A stretch of DNA of 64,000 bases from Candidatus Anstonella stagnisolia (GCA_902384585.1 CABMCJ010000002.1:156179-220178), one strand, 5' to 3'. Counted from the stretch's first letter, positions 56,301 through 64,000 are shown. A program made the numbers and translations. The notes: a model not told the origin generated them from the sequence alone.

Positions 56301-56600
56301 CTTATCCGTAAGTTTGCAAGTCGCTCTTCGTCCGCATGAGATTCTTCCAAAACTGGCGAGGTACTGCATGCATCGGCATGCGTTTCGCGTCATCATTTTG
56401 GGGAATGTTGCCCTCCCTTTCGGAAGGCGTCCGTTCTTGAAAAAATCAAGAGCCGGTGACTGAATTTCTTCGGTCAGTAACACTAAGAAGTGTTAATTTT
56501 TCAAAAACCCTTTCCTTCCATTGTCGCCACGAAGGCGGTGGAATACATTAAGGGTTAATCAATTCATCGCAAGCAGCATAGATGCCACCGCTGATGTCGG
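53305..56600 (-). rRNA. rrl: 23S (large subunit) rRNA gene; boundaries approximate
   Basis: The reverse complement contains universally conserved LSU segments, e.g. GAGCTGGGTTCAGAACGTCGTGAGACAGTTCGG (revcomp of 53583-53620 region), GTACGAGAGGAAC and GAAAGCATCTAAG near the 3' end. The region is ORF-poor and GC-even. The 5' end is placed just downstream of a TTTATAAA promoter box on the minus strand. Confidence 0.85.
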
Positions 56601-56627
56601 CAATCATTCCCGCCGAAGGTTCGTGGC

Positions 56628-56641
56628 AGTTATTAAAGCGT
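56628..56641 (-). promoter_or_regulatory. Putative rRNA promoter TATA box (TTTATAAA on minus strand)
   Basis: Plus-strand gatgtttataaagg reads CCTTTATAAACATC on the minus strand, the classical archaeal rRNA TATA. It sits immediately upstream of the rRNA 5' leader. Confidence 0.4.
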
Positions 56642-56709
56642 AAGATGTTTATAAAGGTATCGGGAGATTTTTGGGGCAGAAAGTCCTTTTCTGAAAAACG
56701 TTGGGATGT

Positions 56710-57084
56710 TTATTTTTTAGAGCTTACATTAATGTTTTGCAATCGATTCAAAACTTCCATTTTACTTGGGTATATTTCGCCATTATGCAAGGCATCTGAA
56801 GCCTCTTTCTTATTTATTACGTCCATAATGCTTAGATCTAGTCGGATGAGATTTTGAAGAATTTCTGATTTGGAAGAAATTTTGTACATTCGTGCTCTGC
56901 TGATTTTTCGTGTTATTGTTATGATTCCGAAATCTTCCAGATTTTTTAGTATTTCATCTGCTTGCTTCCAGCTGACTCCGCAGTATCTGGATACATCTGC
57001 CTTGGAAAAATCTACTTCTGGTTCTAGTACTAAATATTCCAGTACACGTATTGTTGCTGCGTTAGGTATAAACGTGGATATCAT
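56710..57084 (-). CDS. Winged-helix transcription regulator, low-GC gene
   Basis: IRVLEYLVLEPEVDFSKADVSRYCGVSWKQADEILKNLEDFGII is a TrmB/ArsR-like wHTH with a C-terminal helical region. Codon usage is AT-rich, unlike the surrounding genes. Confidence 0.5.
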   Translation of the reverse strand: MISTFIPNAATIRVLEYLVLEPEVDFSKADVSRYCGVSWKQADEILKNLEDFGIITITRKISRARMYKISSKSEILQNLIRLDLSIMDVINKKEASDALHNGEIYPSKMEVLNRLQNINVSSKK

Positions 57085-57660
57085 GTTTATTTCTCCTTAA
57101 TGCCCGTAAAAATAAAAAAGGAAGTTGTGGGGAGGTTCAAGTTTAGCACGTGAGGTTATACATAGTTAAAGTTTATAAATATATGTGCTGTTCTGACAGA
57201 TATATTTATATGGTTTGTTGATATTATTATTTCGCACAGGACAGGCTAAAGGAAGTTGTTGGGGGGTGGGTTCAAGACAGCATACTTCCTAGCGACTTGT
57301 GTAGGAGGAAAAAATGGAATTGAGAAAAATAATGGACGGAGATTGCGTGTCCATACTTCGCCGTTTGTACCTAAAAGGCGCAGTAAGGCAAGGACGAGGA
57401 GTCTGCCTGAGTGACCTATTACGCCCTGTATACGGACCAAAATGGGGACAATATAGGAATACTGTTGAAATGCTCTGGTGAATGGCACAATAGAAGCTGA
57501 AGGCAGTAGGTTTAGTCTTTGGGTATAAAACAAATGGAGTGCAACTCTACATAATAAACCCGAATATGATAGTAGAAATTCGTTCGATGATCGGCGTATA
57601 AAGTGCGCCGATTTTTTCTTTTTTCGATAATCAGAGCAGGTAAAGATATGAGGTGATGAA

Positions 57661-57894
57661 GTGGTAAATTTCAGAAAAACAAGTTTGGACATAATAGATC
57701 TCGGAAAAATGATAATTGTTGCTGTACTCATGGTAGTAGTAGTTTATACTGTCATTTCGAATTTATTGAGCCAAGTTGTGGGCCAATTTCCAGGACAGAT
57801 AGCAGGGGGAATCATTAGTCTGGGGTCGCTTTATTACTATGCTGTAAAAACAAAAATTAAACAAGAGATTGATGACTGGTTAAAAAAGCAGTAA
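57661..57894 (+). CDS. Small two-TM membrane protein (AT-rich island)
   Basis: 77-aa ORF. Hydrophobic stretches are MIIVAVLMVVVVYTVISNLL and IAGGIISLGSLYYYAV. A hairpin plus T-run (atcggcg...cgccgatttttt) precedes it at ~57590-57625. Confidence 0.35.
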   Translation: MVNFRKTSLDIIDLGKMIIVAVLMVVVVYTVISNLLSQVVGQFPGQIAGGIISLGSLYYYAVKTKIKQEIDDWLKKQ

Positions 57895-57907
57895 GCACAA
57901 TGCGACT

Positions 57908-58264
57908 TCATATCGCCATTTCCATCTCAATCTTCTTCGCCTTCGTGATTGGCTTTAGCCGAACCCGCCCGTTGTGCTTGGTTTCCTCAAAGGTGAGAAG
58001 CCCGAATTCCGAAAGGAGTTTCGCATCCACGGTGATGCTTTTGAAGTCGCGCTTGAGGAGCTTGGAGAGCGCGTAAAGGGATTTTGGCTTCTGGTTTTTA
58101 ACGGTGCTAAGAAGGCGCATGCGCTGCGCCGTTAGCACCTTGCGGAAATCCTCTATTGAATTGAAGTATATTATGTAATCCTCTTTTTGGGGAATGCTGT
58201 GTTCCACTGCGTAGATTGTCTCTTTGCGCACGCTTTCCCAGTCTTTTATTATGATTTTTGCCAT
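57908..58264 (-). CDS. Putative HTH partner (antitoxin-like) of a two-gene cassette
   Basis: Start trimmed to MAKIIIKDW. It is a basic ~118-aa protein (KSLYALSKLLKRDFKSITVDAKLL). Its start lies 9 nt downstream of the stop of 58274-58573. Confidence 0.4.
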   Translation of the reverse strand: MAKIIIKDWESVRKETIYAVEHSIPQKEDYIIYFNSIEDFRKVLTAQRMRLLSTVKNQKPKSLYALSKLLKRDFKSITVDAKLLSEFGLLTFEETKHNGRVRLKPITKAKKIEMEMAI

Positions 58265-58273
58265 CCAAACCAC

Positions 58274-58573
58274 CTATTGCTTCAGCCCTATTTTTTTCTC
58301 ATATTCGGATTTTAGCTCGTCAAATTTTGCAAATGCCTGCTTCCAATCATAATCAACTTCATATTTTCTTTCCCCTATGTGCACGTGCGGCTGCCCGTGG
58401 GAATTTTCCACTGCGAACAGGGTTTCGTAAGCCCCGCTTTCTTCCACATAGCGCAGGTAACGGAACGTGTACATCACGCCATCCTTGTACCTCGTGTCGT
58501 CAAGCTCAATTACTTGCACCACTACCCTGTCCTTATTGGGCTGCTCAAATTTGAAGTCCCTGATTGTTTGCAT
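58274..58573 (-). CDS. Putative toxin-like protein (TumE/DUF6516-like pattern) of a two-gene cassette
   Basis: Start trimmed to MQTIRDFKFEQ. ...YTFRYLRYVEESGAYETLFAVENSHGQPHVHIGERKYEV is a conserved H-x-H-containing core reminiscent of the DUF6516/TumE family. The assignment is tentative. Confidence 0.35.
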   Translation of the reverse strand: MQTIRDFKFEQPNKDRVVVQVIELDDTRYKDGVMYTFRYLRYVEESGAYETLFAVENSHGQPHVHIGERKYEVDYDWKQAFAKFDELKSEYEKKIGLKQ

Positions 58574-58603
58574 GCGAAACGCCTTCGCGCACGCCTGCAA
58601 CAG

Positions 58604-58626
58604 TATATGGTATGCGATACCATATA
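58604..58626. promoter_or_regulatory. Perfect 10-bp inverted repeat TATATGGTAT-gcg-ATACCATATA upstream of the TA-like cassette (candidate autoregulatory operator)
   Basis: The perfect palindrome is seen directly at 58604-58626. It is ~30 nt upstream of the cassette start (58573), in the divergent intergenic region shared with pirin. Confidence 0.45.
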
Positions 58627-58757
58627 TATAATGGTTGCGGCACTCGCGCAAGGAAAAGGCGGAAAACGCAATAAAAACATTTGGAAGGTAACTTTCCTGT
58701 GGGTTTGCACGCCGCTTATTCATATACGCTTAAATAATACCTAAGAGAAATATGTAT

Positions 58758-59465
58758 ATGAAAATCTCAGTGCAACGCTCGGAGCAGAGAGGAAAAGCCG
58801 ACCATGGATGGCTGCACACAAAGCACAGCTTCAGCTTTGCGGACTACAACAACCCAAGGCGAGTGGGGTTTGGGAAACTCAAGGTAATTAACGAGGATGT
58901 AATAGAGGCAGGGCACGGGTTTGGGATGCATCCGCACACAAATATGGAAGTGATTACGATTATACTGGAAGGCTCACTTGAGCACAAGGACAGCGCGGGA
59001 AATGTGAGCGGAATTTCAGCAGGCAGCATACAAAGGATGAGTGTGGGAAGCGGCATCATGCATTCGGAATACAATTCTTCCAAAACAGAACCTGTGCATT
59101 TGCTGCAAATATGGGTTGAACCAAGGCAGATGAACATACCGCCAAACTATGAGCAAAAGGAAATAGAGCAGGAAAGGATGAGGAACAAATTGCTCACCGT
59201 ATTGTCCGGAAAGCGCATGAAGGGCGCGCTCCTCATAAACCAGGATGCGATTTTTAGGATGGGAAAGCTGGATGCTGGAGTGAAAGCGTCGTGCGAGGCA
59301 AGGCAGGACCGCGGGAGCTATGTATTTGTGATAAGCGGGAAAGTGAAAGTGGGAGAAGAACTATTGGAAACAGGTGATGCTGCGGAAATCCTTGAGGCGC
59401 AAAAAATCACAGTTGAAGCGCTTGAGGAGTCGCACGTTCTTGTAATGGAAGTCCCGATGGAATAA
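58758..59465 (+). CDS. Pirin-family cupin protein
   Basis: HGFGMHPHTNMEVITIILEGSLEHKDSAGN is the pirin N-terminal cupin metal site (H-x-H...H...E). Confidence 0.8.
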   Translation: MKISVQRSEQRGKADHGWLHTKHSFSFADYNNPRRVGFGKLKVINEDVIEAGHGFGMHPHTNMEVITIILEGSLEHKDSAGNVSGISAGSIQRMSVGSGIMHSEYNSSKTEPVHLLQIWVEPRQMNIPPNYEQKEIEQERMRNKLLTVLSGKRMKGALLINQDAIFRMGKLDAGVKASCEARQDRGSYVFVISGKVKVGEELLETGDAAEILEAQKITVEALEESHVLVMEVPME

Positions 59466-59466
59466 G

Positions 59467-60375
59467 TTAAGCCTTTCCGAGAAGATGCAGCATGAGCGCT
59501 TTTTGAACGTGCAGCCTGTTTTCTGCCTCTGCATAAATTGTGGATTGCGGGCCGTCTATTACGTCCGAGGTTACTTCTTTTCCTCTGTAAGCCGGAAGGT
59601 CGTGCATGAAGATTGCGTCTTTTTTTGCGGCGTGCATTGTGGCGGAATTCACTTGGAAGGGAAGGAAGAGTTGCATTCTTTTTTCTTTTTCCTCTTCTTG
59701 GCCCATTGAAACCCATGTGTCCGTGTATATTATGTCCGCGTCTTTTGCGGCTGAAAGAAGGTCGTGGGAAATTTTCACGGTGGAATGCGATTGCGCAAAT
59801 TTGAGATATTCTTTATTCACTGCGCATTCTTGCGGGCATGCGAGAGTAATGTCCATTCCTTCTAGTGCGCATGCACCCATGAGCGCGTTTGCGACATTGA
59901 AGCCGCAGTCGCCTGCAAATACGAATTTTGCGCCTGGGAAAAGCTTTCCGTTTTCCTTCATTGTGAGGAGAGCTGCGAGTGCCTGGCAGGGGTGGTCTAG
60001 GTCTGTGAGCGCATTTATTACGGGAGTGGAAGTTGCATTTGCAAGCTCCTCCAAGTCCGTGTGTTTGTGCAAGCGGGCTGCGATTATGTCGCAATAGCTG
60101 CCGAGGATTGCGCCTGTGTCTGAGAAAGGCTCGCCTCTTGAGAGCTGGGAAACTGAGGAGCTAAGCACTGTTGTCTGGCCGCCAAGCTGCGCCATTCCGA
60201 TTTGGAAAGATGCAAGAGTGCGCGTGGAGGGCTTTTCCATTAGGAGCGCAAGGGTTTTTCCTGCGAGGGAGAAATTTATTTTTCCACTTTTGTGCTCTTC
60301 CTTGAGCTTTGCAGCAAGCTGCAAAATTGAATGCAATTTTTCTTTGCTTATGTCGGTTATTTTTAGAAAATCCAT
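59467..60375 (-). CDS. argF: Ornithine carbamoyltransferase
   Basis: STRT(L) carbamoyl-phosphate motif, HPCQ, and the OTC-specific D-x-W-V-SMG motif (TDTWVSMGQEE). A related transcarbamylase specificity cannot be excluded. Confidence 0.8.
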   Translation of the reverse strand: MDFLKITDISKEKLHSILQLAAKLKEEHKSGKINFSLAGKTLALLMEKPSTRTLASFQIGMAQLGGQTTVLSSSVSQLSRGEPFSDTGAILGSYCDIIAARLHKHTDLEELANATSTPVINALTDLDHPCQALAALLTMKENGKLFPGAKFVFAGDCGFNVANALMGACALEGMDITLACPQECAVNKEYLKFAQSHSTVKISHDLLSAAKDADIIYTDTWVSMGQEEEKEKRMQLFLPFQVNSATMHAAKKDAIFMHDLPAYRGKEVTSDVIDGPQSTIYAEAENRLHVQKALMLHLLGKA

Positions 60376-60387
60376 AAGAAACGCCTG

Positions 60388-61239
60388 TTAATTCTTCACC
60401 ATCTTGGCTGCGTGCTGCACAATCTTTTTTGCAATGTCGATGCCCGATGCTTTTTGGCAGCCTGCGAATTCTGGGGTGGAGTTCACTTCCACTACGAGCA
60501 AGCCTTCTGGGGACTCTATCAAATCTATACCGAGGATTTGCTCGCCTCCAAAGAGAGAGGAAACTTTTGAGCAAATTTCAGAAAGCTCATTTGAAATTGG
60601 GCACGGGCTCACGCACGAGCCAAGGTGGTGGTTTGTCCTAAAGTCCCCATTTTCGCTCGTTCTGTAAATTGCGGCTGCAATCTCGTTCCCGCACACGAAG
60701 GCGCGTATGTCCCTTCCGGGCTTTTCTATGTACTGTTGCGTGTAGTATACCTTGTGCATGGGATTGGAAAGGTGCTCCTTGTATTCGAGCACTGCGCGCG
60801 CCGCATCCGAATCGTTTATTTTGTGCACAAGCCTTCCCCAGCTCCCTATTACGGGCTTTATCACGCAGGGGTAGGAGAGCGAGTCCATTGCGCTTTGCGC
60901 CATCTGGGAGGAAAAGGAAAGCATTGTTTTGGGTGAGGGGATGCCTGCCTTTGCAAGGTGCATGGAGCAGAGCGCCTTGTCGCCGCAAATTCTTATTGTT
61001 GCTGCGGAATTTATTGCGGTCTTTTGCAAGTATTCCATGTACTCGGAAACGTACAGGCTGTGCGAGTGGGAAATCGAGCGCATCAGGATGCAGTCTGGGA
61101 AATGCGCGGCATTTTCCCCAAGAGAGAGCTGCAGCTCGTTGTCGTTTATTTTTGCAAGCAGAATTCCTTCCTCTGTTGCCGCCCGCATGAGCTCTTTTGT
61201 CTCGAAGCTTATCTGGGAGTATACTAGTCCAAGTTCCAT
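60388..61239 (-). CDS. RimK/LysX-type ATP-grasp ligase
   Basis: CVIKPVIGSWGRLV plus C-terminal ATP-grasp motifs (LGIDLIESPEGLLVVEVNSTPEF). At 283 aa it is the size of archaeal LysX/ArgX. Confidence 0.7.
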   Translation of the reverse strand: MELGLVYSQISFETKELMRAATEEGILLAKINDNELQLSLGENAAHFPDCILMRSISHSHSLYVSEYMEYLQKTAINSAATIRICGDKALCSMHLAKAGIPSPKTMLSFSSQMAQSAMDSLSYPCVIKPVIGSWGRLVHKINDSDAARAVLEYKEHLSNPMHKVYYTQQYIEKPGRDIRAFVCGNEIAAAIYRTSENGDFRTNHHLGSCVSPCPISNELSEICSKVSSLFGGEQILGIDLIESPEGLLVVEVNSTPEFAGCQKASGIDIAKKIVQHAAKMVKN

Positions 61240-61352
61240 ATATATCGTGGACTTCCTTGTGCAGGGAAAAGGGCTTTTAAATAGCGCTCAGAATTGAATA
61301 AAAATTGAGCAGGATGTTTAATTTTAAACATTTGCATCCAAAGTAGGCTGGA

Positions 61353-61955
61353 GTGAGAAAAATGCCGAACTACGCATCGGAAATAAGGATGTATCTCAAG
61401 CAAAGGCCGATTCTTCTTCGCTACCTCAAGGAAGGCGCGATAAACTGCAGCAGCCTTGCAAGGGATATTGCAAGGGAGATTTACGGGGATAAAAAGGCAG
61501 AAGTTGCGGTAAGGGCTGCGCTTTTAAGGGAGGCGCAAAGAGGTGGGAGCTATGAAAAATCCGAAGAGGCTGCGGTGCGCGTTATCAGGGGCAGCACGCT
61601 GGAAGTGAGGACTGGGTTGTGCGTTGTGCTCTCAAAAAAGCCAGTAAACGTGCCCGTTGTGATTATTTCAACGAGCAAGAGCGGCATAATGTCCTTGGTG
61701 GAAGAGGGATATGCGGGAAAAATAAGGGAGTGCGACAAAGTGATACGCAACATGGACATGATTGCGATTTGTTCTGGGAAAAATATTGAGAACACGCCTG
61801 GAGTTGTATCTCTTATTTTGAATACGCTTGCGCAGGAGGGAATAAATGTTCCGGAGATTACCTCGTGCCACTATGATACGCTGCTTGTTGTGAATTCACA
61901 TGATACGCAAAAGGTTTTCGGGATTTTGCGCGAGATGATAAGGGGCAGGAATTAG
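61353..61955 (+). CDS. ACT-domain pair protein (aspartokinase-regulatory-like)
   Basis: The C-terminal MDMIAICSGKNIENTPGVVSLILNTLAQEGINVPEITSCHYDTLLVV is ACT-like. A second ACT-like module lies N-terminally. Confidence 0.5.
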   Translation: MRKMPNYASEIRMYLKQRPILLRYLKEGAINCSSLARDIAREIYGDKKAEVAVRAALLREAQRGGSYEKSEEAAVRVIRGSTLEVRTGLCVVLSKKPVNVPVVIISTSKSGIMSLVEEGYAGKIRECDKVIRNMDMIAICSGKNIENTPGVVSLILNTLAQEGINVPEITSCHYDTLLVVNSHDTQKVFGILREMIRGRN

Positions 61956-62992
61956 GAAATGCGGAATTTCAGGATTGCCGCAAAGCCGCCGAAATTTGAA
62001 AGCTGCTTGCCTGGCTCTCCTTCCTCGGAAAAAATGAGGATTTTCACTTTCTTTTTCTCTGCAAGCTCAAGGAGGGTTTCTATTTCCTTTTTTGTGCGAA
62101 GCAGTTCGTCAAGCACAAGAAGCTGGGAGGCTGCGGAAAGTTCAAGAGCGCTCTTTACTGGGGCAAGACCGTATGCGCAAAGCCCATCATCCTTGTGCAA
62201 GTGGAGAAGGAAATCCTCAAGCAATTTCGCTTCCTGCTCTATTCTTTGTTCGCCTGCGACCTTGGAAACTACTCCCTTCTTGAGGAGCTCGTTTATGCCT
62301 GTTTTCTCTGCGTAAGAGCAGTTTTCCCACACTATTTTGGGAAGAAGAGGGGAATGCTTTCTTTCAAGCATTTTCTTGAGGTTCTCTTTTGCAAAGCCGG
62401 GACCGGCTACAATGAGTTTTTCCACCTTGTAGCTCTCAAGTTTTTTTTCTATTTCAGAGAAATATTTCTGCTGCTTTTCCTCGTATTTCTCGTCGCGCTT
62501 GCTTGCGGAATTCTCAAGCTCAAATTCGTATGCGACACCGTAGCCGCGAAGCGTTGCGAAGACTGCCTTTTCCTCATCCATCGCGCACAGCGCGATTTTG
62601 GGGCGCTTGCCCTCGGAAACTGCCTCTTCAAGGCGTTTTAGCTGGTGAGCTTTCCAAGTTTTTATTATGGAAAAGGGATAATGCAACTCCAAATCTATTG
62701 TGTGGTAGCTGCCTGCCTGTACGAATTCCTCTGGGGTGCCTGATTTTATTTTGCCGCTCACGCGAAGCCGATTTGTGAGCTTTGCGAACTCCACGCGCTC
62801 AACTGCAAGCTCCAAGTTCACTTCTTTTTTTTCTCCGGAATCGTCCGACCCTTCTACTTTGAAGCGCCTCCAGCTCTTTGCGCGAAGCACATCCCCTTCC
62901 TGGAGAATTCTCTCAACGTGCCAGAGGTCCTCTAGGGACTCGCATGTGAGTTTTATCTCTCCGGTTGCATAATCTTTCTTGAGGATGCGCAT
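61952..62992 (-). CDS. pelA: Pelota/Dom34 (mRNA surveillance, ribosome rescue)
   Basis: The MRILKKDYATGEIKL N-terminus, a central eRF1-like domain and the C-terminal LLFSEEGEPGKQL segment fit archaeal Pelota. Confidence 0.85.
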   Translation of the reverse strand: MRILKKDYATGEIKLTCESLEDLWHVERILQEGDVLRAKSWRRFKVEGSDDSGEKKEVNLELAVERVEFAKLTNRLRVSGKIKSGTPEEFVQAGSYHTIDLELHYPFSIIKTWKAHQLKRLEEAVSEGKRPKIALCAMDEEKAVFATLRGYGVAYEFELENSASKRDEKYEEKQQKYFSEIEKKLESYKVEKLIVAGPGFAKENLKKMLERKHSPLLPKIVWENCSYAEKTGINELLKKGVVSKVAGEQRIEQEAKLLEDFLLHLHKDDGLCAYGLAPVKSALELSAASQLLVLDELLRTKKEIETLLELAEKKKVKILIFSEEGEPGKQLSNFGGFAAILKFRIS

Positions 62993-63042
62993 GGAGGTAT
63001 TTTTCCTGCGGTGTTTTTAATTGCAGCGCGAGAAATAGATGC

Positions 63043-64000
63043 ATGTCAAGGATAGCGATTATAGACAAGGACAAGTGCACGCGCGAGAAGTGCGGATACA
63101 TATGCGTCAAAGTATGCCCTGGGGTGCTCATGGGGGACGAGACGGTTGTAATAGACAGCGAGGGCTGGCCGTTAATATCCGAGGAGCTTTGCACTGGGTG
63201 CGGGATATGCCCGAAAAAATGCCCGGTGGATGCAATTACGATAATTAACCTTGCGCAGGAGGTTGGGTGCCCTGTGCATTCGTATGGGGTAAATTCGTTT
63301 AGGCTGTATGGAAGGATGCCGCTTCCGCAGCAGGGAGTGGCGGGGTTCATTGGGAAGAACGGAATTGGGAAGAGCACTGCAATGAAAATGCTTGCGGGCA
63401 CCTTGCAAGCGAATTTTGGAAAAGTTGAGGCTGCGGAATTTAAGGGGCAGTACAAGCAGTCTGTTGAGGAAAGGCACTATTTCGAGAAGCTCGCATCGAA
63501 AAAAACAAAAGTGAGCTACAAGCCGCAAAACATAGACAAGATTGCGGAGGCGTTTTCTGGAAGCGTAAAGGAACTTTTGGAGAAGCTGGATGAGCGGAAA
63601 ATGCTTGGGAAATATGCAAAAATGCTTTCAATAGAAGGCATACTTGAGAGGCCTGTGAAGAACATTTCTGGAGGGGAATTGCAGCGCGTTGCGCTTGCGG
63701 GGGCGCTTTGCAAGGATGCGCAAATTTACTATTTTGACGAGCCTTCAAGCTACCTTGACATTGGGCAGAGATTGGTTGTTGCAAAACTTTTGAGGGAGCT
63801 TGCAAAAGAAAAGCAGGTATTTGTAATAGAGCATGACCTTGCTCTTTTTGACTATCTTACGGACTATGTGTACGTATTTTACGGGCAGGAGAATGCGTAC
63901 GGGGTTATGTCGGGCGTGAAAGCATCCAAAGCTGGCGTGGGCGAATTTTTGGGCGGGTACTTGAAGGCGGAAAATATGCGCTTTAGGAAAGAGGAGATAC
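63043..64000 (+). CDS. abce1: ABCE1 / RNase L inhibitor-like ABC ATPase (ribosome recycling factor), 3'-truncated by window end
   Basis: MSRIAIIDKDKCTREKCGYICVKVCPG ... CTGCGICPKKCPV are two 4Fe-4S ferredoxin motifs. Walker A GKNGIGKST follows, then signature LSGGELQRV and Walker B IYYFDEPSSYLD. It is not in the ORF track because no stop falls within the window. Confidence 0.85.
   Translation, partial: MSRIAIIDKDKCTREKCGYICVKVCPGVLMGDETVVIDSEGWPLISEELCTGCGICPKKCPVDAITIINLAQEVGCPVHSYGVNSFRLYGRMPLPQQGVAGFIGKNGIGKSTAMKMLAGTLQANFGKVEAAEFKGQYKQSVEERHYFEKLASKKTKVSYKPQNIDKIAEAFSGSVKELLEKLDERKMLGKYAKMLSIEGILERPVKNISGGELQRVALAGALCKDAQIYYFDEPSSYLDIGQRLVVAKLLRELAKEKQVFVIEHDLALFDYLTDYVYVFYGQENAYGVMSGVKASKAGVGEFLGGYLKAENMRFRKEEI

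Noticed and set aside
53357-56463. Several 60-190-aa ORFs inside the 23S rRNA region
   Set aside because: They fall inside a region whose reverse complement contains universally conserved LSU rRNA segments. rRNA genes routinely yield spurious ORFs.
57246-57731. 161-aa minus-strand ORF in the AT-rich island
   Set aside because: It spans the direct repeats and TATA-like AT runs. The translation is composition-driven, overlaps the better plus-strand small ORFs, and has no start context. Probably non-coding.
56470-58750. tRNA gene, integrase or CRISPR array in the AT-rich island
   Set aside because: I looked for cloverleaf-compatible GC-rich ~75-nt segments, tyrosine-recombinase motifs and repeat-spacer periodicity. 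None was found. Only two direct repeats are present, which is insufficient for a CRISPR call.
59467-60375. Aspartate carbamoyltransferase (pyrB) instead of OTC
   Set aside because: The presence of the DxxxSMG (TDTWVSMGQ) motif and HPCQ favours the ornithine-type transcarbamylase. ATCases lack the SMG motif.

Overview
This window reads as archaeal chromosome of moderate GC, with a compact gene layout and many 1-4 nt start/stop overlaps. The archaeal call rests on the information-processing genes present: thermosome, RFC small subunit, Pelota, ABCE1, archaeal-type GluRS, TrpRS and IleRS, Cdc48-like tandem AAA, archaeal RNase J, ScpAB and class-III-signal-peptide pilin-like proteins. Protein identifications come from conserved motifs I recognise by eye in the supplied six-frame translations; no database search was run. 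Start coordinates I adjusted by eye are approximate to a few nt. Main contents are listed below.

- **Minus-strand gene string (2012-19456):** about 17 kb co-directional, containing trpS, a KaiC-like ATPase plus a small partner, a complete bacterial-order histidine operon, an AbrB-ACT regulator candidate, hisS, thioredoxin, scpB/scpA, a pilin-like LamG-domain protein and an ECF-type nikMNQO/cbiMNQO transporter. The operon runs hisD, hisC fused to a HAD phosphatase domain, hisB, hisG, hisH, hisA, hisF, hisIE. NikR is divergent from nikM, with a candidate operator palindrome between them.
- **19950-45881:** a membrane-anchored double-AAA Cdc48-like ATPase, cysK, a VIT-family transporter, type-2 IPP isomerase, gltX, a protein with a clear family-1 lytic-transglycosylase (SLT) motif set, and a MrfA/YprA-like DUF1998 helicase followed by NYN and TatD nucleases. 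Also a secreted protein, an MFS transporter, aRNase J, a short Ogt, a 4x PEGA-repeat secreted protein, rfcS, ileS, two adjacent CDGSH-like modules separated by one in-frame TAG, a second pilin-LamG paralog, and a small Cys-rich zinc-ribbon-like protein.
- **45968-53104:** enolase, thermosome, a radical-SAM enzyme with an overlapping unknown partner, a divergent tandem-Lrp regulator, and asparaginase.
- **23S rRNA and flanks:** an unlinked 23S rRNA gene on the minus strand at about 53.3-56.6 kb, with no 16S, 5S or tRNA adjacent. Directly 5' of it is a roughly 2 kb AT-rich island holding a wHTH regulator, small ORFs and a toxin-antitoxin-like pair with a perfect 23-bp palindrome upstream.
- **Window end:** pirin, ornithine carbamoyltransferase, a RimK/LysX-type ATP-grasp, an ACT protein, then Pelota divergent from a 3'-truncated ABCE1.

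No CRISPR array, no convincing tRNA and no recognisable transposase were found.
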